The notes under the pieces are model-generated. The model was not told the origin of the DNA. It was given only the letters and a program-made list of their open reading frames with translations, and searched no databases. This document shows, piece after piece, positions 45,676 to 54,314 of a stretch of 59,472 nt of DNA (position 1 is the first letter of the stretch; every line of letters starts with the position of its first letter). This stretch comes from Candidatus Izemoplasma sp. (lineage in GTDB: Bacteria; Bacillota_I; Bacilli_A; Izemoplasmatales; Izemoplasmataceae): positions 1 through 59,472 of the forward strand of contig SLQR01000023.1 of NCBI GenBank assembly GCA_007131405.1, written 5' to 3'. The translations under genes were made by a program, and so were the position numbers.

Positions 45676-47371
45676 ATGGTCTAATAGCATCAGTTTCTCC
45701 ATCGTTTTCTTGCAGATACGTTGGAAGTAAAAGAGGATTGTTCGCATCAAAGGATCCGTACACTTCCGCTTGAAGTAAAAGCTCCCAAATAACTAAATCT
45801 TGCATGTTTAGATAGGCCACATCAACATTTAGTGCATCATCAAGTTCATTGGATGGGTGATAAAAGATATAATCACTTGTTGCAATGCGATAATTGCCAT
45901 CATAGCTGAAATTGCCATCCGTACTTGTCACTGTAACATTTGACATTAAACGTTCTAATGCATACCCATCGACAGTCGCAACCATCACTTGGTTATCGAA
46001 CGTGAAAATGGCTAAGAATGTTGCTAATGAAATTTCTTCTCCTTCACTAACATCGTGACGAGTTCCCCCTACATTTTGGAACGCATACTCTGCATCGGTT
46101 GTCTCAAGCATTAACCGTGCCATCCATTCTGCAAGTTCCTCACGTCCATGATATCTTGCGCTGTTAAAAAGCACTTCGTAATAATAATCAAGTTCAAGCA
46201 CAACTGCGTCAAGATACGCTTGAACGTCAGGGTCCGCGGTAAGGAATCGGTCATCGCTTGATGCATTTAGGTTACGTGGGGTCATTGATTCAACTTGGCC
46301 ATCACGGATGACCATTTCTAAATGCCCAACATGCGAACCATTCGCTCCGCTTATTAAGGTTGCTGTGTTGTTAATCATGCCTTGTTCGGTGCGGTGAGAA
46401 TGGCCATTAAAAATCGCATCAACACGCTCATCACCTTCAAAATTTGCAACAATGTCATTGATATAGGTTCCAGAATCATGGGAAATAACCACCACAATAT
46501 CAACATTTTCTTCGGTACGTAAATAAGCACTGTAATTGCGTATTGTTGCGATTGGATCGATAAATTCATACCCTTCAACACGGACACGTGAAATGCTGCG
46601 TTCAAGACCGTATCCCATCGTTCCAATTACGCCAATACGGAGACCACTACGTTCAATAATGGTGTAAGGATCAACCCCATCAATCAGTGTATCCGTTCCT
46701 TCATGGACAACATTTGCGCCTAAAAGGCGGTGCTCTGCTTGGTAAACATCTTCATCTTCACCGGTATAGTAACGCGTGACTTGTTCAACGCCCCAGTCAA
46801 ACTCATGATTCCCAATCACAGTTGCATCAAAGCCAACCATGTCCATCACTTCTGTGGTACTTTCACCATGACTATAGTTTGAAACCATCGTGCCTTGAAC
46901 CATGTCACCACCACCTAAAATGATGGTACGTTCAGGGTTCGCTTGTTTTTCATCAATTAAGAAATTTCCAATATAGGCCATACCCATTGACCCATCACTC
47001 GGCAACAACGCACCATGTAAATCATTCATGTAATAAAAATTCAATGTCACCGTTGTCGTAGGAATAATCGTTATGGCTAATTGCGTTTGCTGACCCTCAT
47101 ACTCAATCGTAATGAGGTGTTCACCAACCTCGTTTAGCAAGAGTTGACCATTTTCCAAAATCATGCTTGCGCTTAATGGGATACGCTCATAGGTTTCATC
47201 TTCATAATACACAAGTAAGTCAATCTGAGAGAAATCAATCGCGCCAACCTCATACGCTTCTTTAACCGTCGATTGATCAACTTCAATACGATTAATTTCA
47301 TTGCTTAACCCGGTACACGCACTTAGTAAAAATATAATAAACAATACAAATACACTTAATACTTTCTTCAT
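45674..47371 (-). CDS. secreted lipoprotein, bifunctional metallophosphatase/5'-nucleotidase with an N-terminal Ig-like domain
   Basis: Signal peptide with lipobox (FLLSAC). Metallophosphatase motifs NDLHG, GGDMVQG, GNHEFDWG. ATG 47371 is preferred (AAGGAGA 6 nt upstream). Confidence 0.88.
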   Translation of the reverse strand: MKKVLSVFVLFIIFLLSACTGLSNEINRIEVDQSTVKEAYEVGAIDFSQIDLLVYYEDETYERIPLSASMILENGQLLLNEVGEHLITIEYEGQQTQLAITIIPTTTVTLNFYYMNDLHGALLPSDGSMGMAYIGNFLIDEKQANPERTIILGGGDMVQGTMVSNYSHGESTTEVMDMVGFDATVIGNHEFDWGVEQVTRYYTGEDEDVYQAEHRLLGANVVHEGTDTLIDGVDPYTIIERSGLRIGVIGTMGYGLERSISRVRVEGYEFIDPIATIRNYSAYLRTEENVDIVVVISHDSGTYINDIVANFEGDERVDAIFNGHSHRTEQGMINNTATLISGANGSHVGHLEMVIRDGQVESMTPRNLNASSDDRFLTADPDVQAYLDAVVLELDYYYEVLFNSARYHGREELAEWMARLMLETTDAEYAFQNVGGTRHDVSEGEEISLATFLAIFTFDNQVMVATVDGYALERLMSNVTVTSTDGNFSYDGNYRIATSDYIFYHPSNELDDALNVDVAYLNMQDLVIWELLLQAEVYGSFDANNPLLLPTYLQENDGETDAIRP

Positions 47372-47393
47372 GAACATTCTCCTTCAAGGTGGG

Positions 47394-47426
47394 AAAACTG
47401 CACAATATTTGTGCAGTTTTATTTTT
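47394..47426 (-). terminator. rho-independent terminator after the aminopeptidase gene
   Basis: AAAACTGCACAA-TAT-TTGTGCAGTTTT. The stop codon lies in the hairpin arm. Confidence 0.7.
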
Positions 47427-48678
47427 TCATATAGGTTTCGATATCTTGAACTTCTTTAATGATGTCTTTACTTAAATTCACATAACCATCTTTTGTGACT
47501 AAAATATTATCTTCAATACGAATCCCGATACCTTCATCTTTCACATAAAGTCCAGGTTCAATGGTTAAGACCATGCCTTCTTCAAGAGGAATATGGTAAT
47601 GCCCAACATCGTGAACATCTAGTCCCATAAAGTGGCCAATTGAGTGATAATACAGTTCGCCGATTTCATCGTCTTCCTTAATTAAGCCAATGGCTTTGGT
47701 TTTATCGATAAGCATCGATTTCGCAAAATCATTGAGATGTTTCCAGGTGACACCAGGTTTAATTTCTTCAATCGTGGCTTTGTTCACATCAAGCACAATT
47801 TGGTAGAGCTCTTTTTGACGCTTGGTAAAGGTCCCTGACAATGGGTACGTACGCGATATATCCGATGCGTAATTTTCATGCAGTGCACCTAAATCAAACA
47901 AAATAAGATTCTTTTTCGTTAGTTTACCCCGATTTTCGGTGTAATGAAGCACGGTGGCGTTTTTTCCCGATGCCGCAATCATATCAAAGGCAAATCCTTC
48001 AGATCCCTCGAGTGTGATTGCATGCATGAAATCCGCTTGCAATTGATACTCGTTGGTACGCGCTGATATACGCTCCATCAATGTTTCAAGTCCTATTTTT
48101 GTATGCGCTAGAGCTTTTTTTATTTGGTTCACTTCGGCTTTGCTTTTAAACATACGCAAGTACGATGTATGTTCATTCACAGCTTTAACCGTTAACTCTT
48201 TATAGTTATCTAAGATAAAGGCAGCCTGACTTAACGCTAACGGTTTCTCGGTTGGTTTCACGTGATATAGATCAAGATAAAGTGTTTTTGGTGGGACACC
48301 CATCACGCTACGAGCATAATTCATTACCTGATTAAAAACGGTGTCAAAATCTTTGGTGAAGCGCATATCTTCAACTGGAATACCCGAAAGCTTTGAGGCT
48401 TCTTCTTTTTCCATGCGAGCGCCTTCCCATTTAATGATGAGGTCCGTGTTTTCTTCAACAAATAAATACGTTTTCGAATCATTTTTTCCCTTTAAAAGCA
48501 TTAAAATCATATTGGGTTCATTTAAGTTCGTTAAATAATAAAAATTACGTTGGGGCGTAAATGGATATGATTGATCCGTTGTGCGGTGTGGTGCATGGCC
48601 CGCATAGAGGATCGCTACAGATTCATCTTCCATTCGCTCGAGCAATTTACGTCGAGCTGTCATTACATGTTCCTTCAT
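47419..48678 (-). CDS. Xaa-Pro aminopeptidase (M24B family)
   Basis: 419 aa. M24 metal-ligand contexts FDLGALHENYASDISRT, HSIGHFMGLDVHD, LTIEPGLY, IRIEDNI. AGAGGTGA SD. Confidence 0.9.
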   Translation of the reverse strand: MKEHVMTARRKLLERMEDESVAILYAGHAPHRTTDQSYPFTPQRNFYYLTNLNEPNMILMLLKGKNDSKTYLFVEENTDLIIKWEGARMEKEEASKLSGIPVEDMRFTKDFDTVFNQVMNYARSVMGVPPKTLYLDLYHVKPTEKPLALSQAAFILDNYKELTVKAVNEHTSYLRMFKSKAEVNQIKKALAHTKIGLETLMERISARTNEYQLQADFMHAITLEGSEGFAFDMIAASGKNATVLHYTENRGKLTKKNLILFDLGALHENYASDISRTYPLSGTFTKRQKELYQIVLDVNKATIEEIKPGVTWKHLNDFAKSMLIDKTKAIGLIKEDDEIGELYYHSIGHFMGLDVHDVGHYHIPLEEGMVLTIEPGLYVKDEGIGIRIEDNILVTKDGYVNLSKDIIKEVQDIETYMKK

Positions 48679-48699
48679 TTATATCACCTCTTGAAAAAT

Positions 48700-48708
48700 A
48701 TTATAACA
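48700..48708 (-). promoter_or_regulatory. extended -10 promoter element TGTTATAAT for the aminopeptidase gene
   Basis: Minus-strand TGTTATAAT about 20 nt upstream of the SD. The -35 is weak. Confidence 0.45.
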
Positions 48709-48773
48709 TGAATGCGCATTCTTTTCGCATAGGAAGAATAATTTATTCCTAAGTTTCATAAAAAAAGGGGCAT

Positions 48774-48799
48774 AAAAAAAGCGCCGAAAACGGCGCTTT
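48774..48799 (-). terminator. rho-independent terminator of gap
   Basis: Minus-strand AAGCGCCG-TTTT-CGGCGCTT followed by TTTTTTAT. Confidence 0.85.
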
Positions 48800-48802
48800 A
48801 AA

Positions 48803-49813
48803 TTATTTAATTCCCAGGACTTTAATGGCACGAACCATTTGAGCAACATAGCTCATTTCGTTATCATACCACATAAGAACTTTTACGAGTTGTTTTCCAT
48901 CTTCTGTATTAAGAACCGATGTCATTTGCGCATCAAAGAGTGACCCATATTCCATTCCAATGGTATCGCTTGATACGATTGGGTCTTCTGTATACCCAAG
49001 AGTTTCACTTGCGGCAGCTTTCATGGCTGCATTGATTGTCTCTTTATCGACTTTTTTGTCAAGTTCAACGACTAAATCAACAGCTGAACCCGTGATGGTT
49101 GGAACACGTAAAGCAAAGCCATCAAGTTTCCCTTTAAGGTGAGGTAACACAAGTCCTACCGCTGCGGCTGCACCTGTAGTCGTTGGTACAATGTTTGCAG
49201 CTGCGGCACGTCCACGGCGCGCATGAATATTTTTCGCATGCGGTCCATCGAGTGTATTTTGGTCGTTCGTGTAAGCGTGTGCTGTGGTCATGAATCCACG
49301 GCTAATACCAAAGTTGTCATCAAGTACTTTAGCAACTGGTGCTAAACAGTTTGTTGTACAAGAAGCCCCACTTACGACAGTTTCTGAACCATCTAAAACA
49401 TCATGGTTTACATTATACACAACGGTTTTTAAATCCCCAGTAGCTGGTGCACTAATAAAGACTTTTTTTGCGCCTGCTTTAATGTGTTTTTCCGCTTTAT
49501 CTTTCGATGTAAAGAATCCTGTACATTCAAGCACGACATCAACATCAAGGTCTCCCCACGGTAAATCTTCAGGGTCGCGTTCTGCGTATACCTTAATCTC
49601 TTTTCCGTCGACGATAATGTTGTTTCCTTTAAATGAAATCGCATCGCTTTTGTAACGTCCCTGCGCTGTATCGTATTTCAGCAAGTATGCTAAAGTTTCC
49701 GCATCCGTCAAGTCATTGAGTGCGACAATGTCAAATTCTGGATTGTCTTGCATTAAACGAAAAGCTAAACGTCCAATACGACCAAATCCATTGATTGCTA
49801 CTTTTACTCCCAT
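48803..49813 (-). CDS. gap: type I glyceraldehyde-3-phosphate dehydrogenase
   Basis: [15 protein letters not shown], active site [20 protein letters not shown]. Confidence 0.97.
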   Translation of the reverse strand: MGVKVAINGFGRIGRLAFRLMQDNPEFDIVALNDLTDAETLAYLLKYDTAQGRYKSDAISFKGNNIIVDGKEIKVYAERDPEDLPWGDLDVDVVLECTGFFTSKDKAEKHIKAGAKKVFISAPATGDLKTVVYNVNHDVLDGSETVVSGASCTTNCLAPVAKVLDDNFGISRGFMTTAHAYTNDQNTLDGPHAKNIHARRGRAAAANIVPTTTGAAAAVGLVLPHLKGKLDGFALRVPTITGSAVDLVVELDKKVDKETINAAMKAAASETLGYTEDPIVSSDTIGMEYGSLFDAQMTSVLNTEDGKQLVKVLMWYDNEMSYVAQMVRAIKVLGIK

Positions 49814-49853
49814 TTTATTTCCTCCTAATATTCTATAACTTCATACACATTTA

Positions 49854-49882
49854 ATTATAGACAATCCACCCACAAAAAACAA
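49854..49882 (-). promoter_or_regulatory. sigma-A promoter TTGTTT-17-TATAAT for gap
   Basis: Minus-strand TTGTTT (49882-49877), 17-nt spacer, TATAAT (49859-49854). Confidence 0.55.
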
Positions 49883-49897
49883 CTGATATCCACGGTT

Positions 49898-49911
49898 TAA
49901 AAACGTTTTCA
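49898..49911. promoter_or_regulatory. cre-like palindrome (13/14 to TGWAANCGNTNWCA) upstream of the gap -35
   Basis: Minus-strand TGAAAACGTTTTTA, embedded in a larger inverted repeat ACGGTT-N13-AACCGT (49892-49916). The centre is about 25 nt upstream of the -35. Confidence 0.55.
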
Positions 49912-49978
49912 ACCGTTTAAATCATAAAAAAAGCACTTTGCATCGTTACCTAGCAAAGCACTTTAATTTATCATTGAT

Positions 49979-50449
49979 TTATGATCGATCCTCATGGGAA
50001 TCTTTTTGTTTTAGTTCCTTGAAATATGTTTCAAGGGCATGAACGTAATCACAATCTTCACCTTTATCACAAGTAGTGCACATAATAATTTCGCGTAGAC
50101 GCTTTGGAATAAAGGTACGAATCTCATCTTCGTTGTACCCAACTTGCATCTTATTATTGTCAATAATAATCGGACGACGCAACACACTCGGATTAGTTAT
50201 AATAAAATTAGTAAGTTCTCTCATTGACATTTCATCAATGTCCAAGTTATTATCTTGGAATACTTTTGAACGTGTTGAAATAATATCTTCAAAACCACTT
50301 TCGGTGTTTTTGAGCATAAGCATAATATCATCGCGGGTTAGCTTGATATTAAAGATGTTCTTCTCACGATAATCAATGCGATGTTCTTCAAACCACTTCT
50401 TAGCTTTTCGACAAGAAGAGCAGCTTGGCGTAGTGTACATCTGAATCAT
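49979..50449 (-). CDS. spx: Spx/ArsC-family redox-sensing transcriptional regulator with a 25-aa Cys-containing C-terminal extension
   Basis: MIQMYTTPSCSSCRKAKKWFEEH...IISTRSKVFQ...LRRPIIIDNNKMQVGYNEDEIRTFIPK is collinear with B. subtilis Spx (131 aa). 156 aa here. Confidence 0.88.
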   Translation of the reverse strand: MIQMYTTPSCSSCRKAKKWFEEHRIDYREKNIFNIKLTRDDIMLMLKNTESGFEDIISTRSKVFQDNNLDIDEMSMRELTNFIITNPSVLRRPIIIDNNKMQVGYNEDEIRTFIPKRLREIIMCTTCDKGEDCDYVHALETYFKELKQKDSHEDRS

Positions 50450-50485
50450 AGGTGTACCTCCTTTTTATAATCTTTAGTCTCCTTA

Positions 50486-50513
50486 ATTATAGCACAATTT
50501 AGAATAAATACAA
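50486..50513 (-). promoter_or_regulatory. sigma-A promoter TTGTAT-16-TGcTATAAT for spx
   Basis: Minus-strand TTGTAT (50513-50508) and extended -10 TGCTATAAT (50494-50486). Confidence 0.6.
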
Positions 50514-50565
50514 ATTAAGTTTTATGAAAATGCTTGCATAATCAGTCGAAATCGTTTAAACGCTA

Positions 50566-50574
50566 TGCTATAAT
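50566..50574 (+). promoter_or_regulatory. extended -10 element TGCTATAAT for pepF
   Basis: TGC 50566-50568 plus TATAAT 50569-50574, about 40 nt upstream of the ATG. The -35 is poor. Confidence 0.45.
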
Positions 50575-50612
50575 TAGTTGAGCACCTTATTATAACAAAT
50601 GGAGGCCTATTT

Positions 50613-52373
50613 ATGAAGTGGAAATTAGAAAATTTATACCCAACTTTAGACGCTTGGGAAACCGACGTGAAATCCTTACAAACAATCCTTGAAGAACTGC
50701 CAACATTCAAAGGGAAACTCGGTGATGAATCGACCTTTAAACGGTATTATACCTTGCAACGTGAAGTCGCTTTGAAAGCCCATAAACTGTACCAGTACGC
50801 CGCCCTTAAAAGCGACTTAAATAAAAAAACTGTCGAAAACAGTGCACGGGTTCAAAAGATGGCATATTTACTGAACCAACTCACACAAGCTACCTCATTT
50901 GAATCGCCTGAAATCTTAAACCTAGGCAAAGATAAGGTCATGGGATTTCTTGATCGAAACCGCGACCTTGAAGAGTACCGATTCCCCCTGGAGAAACTTT
51001 TCCACCAACAAGCGCATGTCCTTGATGCAAAAAGCGAATCGTTGCTTGCCAATTACCGTCAACTATCGAGCCAAGGCGCTGCATTATACAGTGCACTTGC
51101 TGTTGCCGACAACACCGCAAAAGAGGTAACGCTTAATGATGGCGAAACCATCACCGTTACGAGTGGAAACTTCCGTTCCTATTTAGCCGACTTACAAGAC
51201 CCTGAAGATCGTGAAAAAGTCTTCGAAGCCATTTTTTCACATTATGACCAACACAAATACACCTACGCTCAAATCTACAACACCGTCTTACAAGCCGATA
51301 TTGCTCGCATGAAATCACGCGATTATAAAACCACCCTTGATGCGTATTTATTTAGCAATAACATCAACCCTGATGTTTACCTTAATCTCGTGCGTGTCGC
51401 CAACGACAATACCGCGTTAATCAAACGTTACTATGCTTTACGTAAAAAAGCCCTCGGCTTAAAAGAACATCGTACGTTTGACCGCTTTATGCCACTTGCC
51501 AAAAGCAAATCAAAATTTTCCTACGACGAAGCGCAAGAATTATTCTTCGCTTCCATCGATCACTTAAGCGAAGATTTCAAAGCCAAAGCCAAAGAAGCTT
51601 TAGAAGAAGGCTATATTGACGTCTACGAACAAGAAGGCAAACAAACTGGTGCCTATTCCTGGAGCGCTTTAAACGAACATCCTTATATTCTTTTAAACTA
51701 TGACGACACCCTAAATAGTGTCTTTACCCTAGCTCACGAAGCAGGTCACTCGATGCACTCACTGTTTGCGCATGAAGCCCAACCCGTCGCTACACAAAAC
51801 TACACCATTTTTGTTGCCGAAATCGCTTCAACCTTTAACGAACATATCTTGCTGGACCATTTCATCAACACAAACCAAGGCACCAACGAAGATAAAATCA
51901 ACCTTCTCCAACAGTCCATTGATGATATTTTAGCCACCTTCTACCGTCAAACCTTATTTGCGACGTATGAATTACGTGCACATGAACTCGTTGAAAAAGG
52001 TGAACCTATCACCCACGAAGCATTATCCAATATCATGATCGATTTGTACAAACACTTCTATGACATTGACATTTCAAACGAACCTGGAAAACAATACGTA
52101 TGGGCTTATATTCCCCATTTATTTAACACCCCATACTACGTCTATCAATACGCCACCAGTTTTGCAGCGAGTTTAAAACTCTATGAAATGGTTAAAGACG
52201 ACCCTTCCAACATCGAAAGCCACATGGCCTTACTCAAAGCCGGTGGGGATGACTTCCCCGTTGAACAAGTAAAAAAAGCTGGCATTGACCTAACAAGTGA
52301 AGACGCCTTTACCGCCGTCGTTCACCGTTTAGAAACATTAATCAATGAATTAGACCTTGCGCTCAAAGCGTAA
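50613..52373 (+). CDS. pepF: oligoendopeptidase F (M3B family)
   Basis: 586 aa. Zinc motif HEAGHSMH with a downstream E (EIASTFNE). GGAGG SD. Confidence 0.92.
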   Translation: MKWKLENLYPTLDAWETDVKSLQTILEELPTFKGKLGDESTFKRYYTLQREVALKAHKLYQYAALKSDLNKKTVENSARVQKMAYLLNQLTQATSFESPEILNLGKDKVMGFLDRNRDLEEYRFPLEKLFHQQAHVLDAKSESLLANYRQLSSQGAALYSALAVADNTAKEVTLNDGETITVTSGNFRSYLADLQDPEDREKVFEAIFSHYDQHKYTYAQIYNTVLQADIARMKSRDYKTTLDAYLFSNNINPDVYLNLVRVANDNTALIKRYYALRKKALGLKEHRTFDRFMPLAKSKSKFSYDEAQELFFASIDHLSEDFKAKAKEALEEGYIDVYEQEGKQTGAYSWSALNEHPYILLNYDDTLNSVFTLAHEAGHSMHSLFAHEAQPVATQNYTIFVAEIASTFNEHILLDHFINTNQGTNEDKINLLQQSIDDILATFYRQTLFATYELRAHELVEKGEPITHEALSNIMIDLYKHFYDIDISNEPGKQYVWAYIPHLFNTPYYVYQYATSFAASLKLYEMVKDDPSNIESHMALLKAGGDDFPVEQVKKAGIDLTSEDAFTAVVHRLETLINELDLALKA

Positions 52374-52385
52374 TTCAAGTATGAT
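52357..52385 (+). promoter_or_regulatory. sigma-A promoter TTGCGC-17-TATGAT for the Trp T-box leader
   Basis: TTGCGC 52357-52362 (inside the pepF 3' end), 17-nt spacer, TATGAT 52380-52385. Confidence 0.6.
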
Positions 52386-52391
52386 ATAAGT

Positions 52392-52603
52392 AACACAATG
52401 AGTGGGAAGAGTACTATAAGATGTCTTTATAGCGAATCTGGGACAGTGTAAGCCAGACAAAGAACCCTTATAGGAATGGACCCATGAGTGGTATTAATCG
52501 TACCCGTCACTCTGCGTTAAAGAGATGAGAGCCGGTGCAAACCGGAATTAAGGTGGTACCGCGAATAATCGTCCTTAGCTGTTTTAGCTAAGGGCGTTTT
52601 TTA
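52392..52603 (+). promoter_or_regulatory. T-box riboswitch leader, tryptophan specifier (UGG), controlling the VOC-trpS operon
   Basis: Specifier loop GAA-TGG-A (TGG at 52477-52479). T-box sequence AATTAAGGTGGTACCGCG (52546-52563). Terminator CGTCCTTAGCT-GTTT-TAGCTAAGGGCG plus TTTTTT (52570-52602). Confidence 0.88.
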
Positions 52604-52621
52604 TTAAAAAGGAGGGGAATT

Positions 52622-53002
52622 ATGGTCATCTTGTTTGTCGAAGACATCACCCGCGCAAAAGCGTTTTATGCCACGGTCTTTCAAACTGAGCCAATTTACG
52701 ATGAACCAAACATGGTCCAATTCAACGTCAGCAACCAAAAAATTGGTTTGATGCCCGAAGACGCGATCTTAAAAACATTAAGTCATCGTATTACTCGACC
52801 GCGTCATGACCGTCGCGACCCACAGATGGAACTGTATCTATACGTGGATAACCCTGAACTCTATTACCAGCGACTTATTCAAGCAGGCGGGTCACAAGTA
52901 AGCCCGTTAAAAGAACGTGACTGGGGTGACTTCGTCGCCTATGGAATCGATCTCGATAACCATTTATTAGCGTTTGCTACACCATCACGTAACCAAGACT
53001 AA
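52622..53002 (+). CDS. VOC (glyoxalase/bleomycin-resistance/dioxygenase) superfamily protein
   Basis: 126 aa with a GGAGGGG SD. AKAFYATVFQ...ELYLYVDN...ERDWGDFVAYGIDLDNHLLAF is typical of small VOC-fold proteins. 12 nt before trpS. Confidence 0.8.
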   Translation: MVILFVEDITRAKAFYATVFQTEPIYDEPNMVQFNVSNQKIGLMPEDAILKTLSHRITRPRHDRRDPQMELYLYVDNPELYYQRLIQAGGSQVSPLKERDWGDFVAYGIDLDNHLLAFATPSRNQD

Positions 53003-53014
53003 GGAGGAAATTCA

Positions 53015-54016
53015 ATGAAACATATCGTCTCAGGTATTCAACCAACCGGGTCATTAAACCTCGGTACTTACCTAGGAAGCATTAAAAACTTTGTTAAATT
53101 ACAAGACACATACACAGATCATCACTTTTTATTATTTATTGCTGATCTTCATGCCATTACCATCCCAAGAGAAAAAGCTTTTTTGCGTAAAACCATCAAA
53201 GAGTTAAGCGCACTTTATCTAGCCGCAGGGTTAAAAAAGGAACGCTTATCCCTCTTTATTCAATCGGAAATAGAGGCCCACTCACAAATGGCCTATTTGC
53301 TTCAATGCTTTACTTACATGGGCGAACTTGAACGCATGACACAGTTTAAAGAAAAAGCTCAAAAACAAGAAAAAGGGGTCACCGCTGGACTCTTTACCTA
53401 TCCATCCCTCATGGCTGGAGACATCCTGCTTTATGACGCCGAGTACGTCCCTGTCGGTGATGATCAAAAACAACACCTTGAACTGACACGCGATTTAGCG
53501 GAACGCGTCAACAATCGCTTTGACGATTTCTTCACCGTTCCTAAGCCACTCATTCCAGAAGTCGGGGCACGCATTATGAGTTTAACCGAACCCAATAAAA
53601 AAATGAGTAAATCCGATGAAAACGTTAAGTCACGTATCTTGCTTTTAGATGACGAAAACATTATCCGTAAACGCATCATGTCGGCAGTCACTGATTCGGA
53701 TCAAACCATCCGTTTTGATAAAGAAAATAAACCCGGTATTAGCAACCTTATGACCATCATGAGCGCGATTACCAATCAATCGATTGAAACGATTGAAGCA
53801 TCCTATAAAGACGCTACCTACCAAACCTTTAAACAAAGCGTTGCGGATGTTGTCGTCAATGAACTCGCACCAATCAAAGCACGTTACAACGCGTTAATTA
53901 ACAGTAAAGAACTCGATGCCTTTCTTGATGAAGGTGCTGAGTATGCACGTAAAATCGCGATGAAAAAAGTCATGAAATTCAATCACAAAATCGGATTAGG
54001 AAGAAAACGCAAATAA
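53015..54016 (+). CDS. trpS: tryptophan--tRNA ligase
   Basis: SGIQPTGSLNLGTYLG, a HIGH-like motif (DLHAIT), VPVGDDQKQHLELTRD, KMSKS. Confidence 0.97.
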   Translation: MKHIVSGIQPTGSLNLGTYLGSIKNFVKLQDTYTDHHFLLFIADLHAITIPREKAFLRKTIKELSALYLAAGLKKERLSLFIQSEIEAHSQMAYLLQCFTYMGELERMTQFKEKAQKQEKGVTAGLFTYPSLMAGDILLYDAEYVPVGDDQKQHLELTRDLAERVNNRFDDFFTVPKPLIPEVGARIMSLTEPNKKMSKSDENVKSRILLLDDENIIRKRIMSAVTDSDQTIRFDKENKPGISNLMTIMSAITNQSIETIEASYKDATYQTFKQSVADVVVNELAPIKARYNALINSKELDAFLDEGAEYARKIAMKKVMKFNHKIGLGRKRK

Positions 54017-54020
54017 AAAA

Positions 54021-54054
54021 AGCAGGTATCGCATCAATCGTTGCGATACCTGCT
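54021..54054. terminator. bidirectional rho-independent terminator shared by trpS and ptsH
   Basis: 13-bp perfect stem AGCAGGTATCGCA / TGCGATACCTGCT with an A-tract upstream. The ptsH stop abuts the 3' arm. Confidence 0.85.
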
Positions 54055-54314
54055 TATTGTAAATTAAACTCGGTAATTGAGCGACTGAGTGCCTCCATCG
54101 CTTCGATTTCATCTTCACCCTTTGTTTCAATGGTGATGAGTGACCCTCTTCGTATGCCAAGCGACATCAAGCCCATGATCGATTTTAAATCGACCGTTTG
54201 GTCTTCATGGGTAAGGGTAATCGTTGACTTAAATCGATTCGCACGTTTGACCAACATCGTCGCAGGACGTGCATGCACGCCTTGATCGTTGGCAATCACA
54301 AAATCTTTTTTCAT
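54054..54314 (-). CDS. ptsH: phosphocarrier protein HPr
   Basis: MKKDFVIANDQGVHARPA (His15 context) and KSIMGLMSLG (Ser46 context). ATG 54314 is preferred (GAGGAG 8 nt upstream). It overlaps the upstream stop as TGATG. Confidence 0.95.
   Translation of the reverse strand: MKKDFVIANDQGVHARPATMLVKRANRFKSTITLTHEDQTVDLKSIMGLMSLGIRRGSLITIETKGEDEIEAMEALSRSITEFNLQ

Noticed and set aside
48710-48721. Perfect 12-bp palindrome GAATGCGCATTC in the aminopeptidase promoter region, a possible operator
   Set aside because: About a dozen perfect 12-bp palindromes are expected by chance in 59 kb. I saw no second copy or recognisable operator family.
48722-48772. 26-codon minus-strand ORF (MKLRNKLFFLCEKNAHSCYNIFQEVI) between gap and the aminopeptidase gene
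   Set aside because: It has no SD, overlaps the predicted promoter, and its composition is consistent with chance.
49284-49655. 123-aa plus-strand ORF
   Set aside because: It is antisense inside gap, has no translation signals and has a serine/threonine-rich shadow-frame composition.
49926-49964. Possible spx terminator hairpin (AGCACTTTGC ... GCAAAGCACT)
   Set aside because: The arms are mostly a direct repeat. Only 6 bp pair cleanly and the loop is 11 nt, which is too weak to call, although a U-tract follows on the coding strand.
50526-50539. cre-like TGAAAATGCTTGCA between spx and pepF
   Set aside because: It lacks the invariant central CG and has a second mismatch (12/14), so it is not distinguishable from background.
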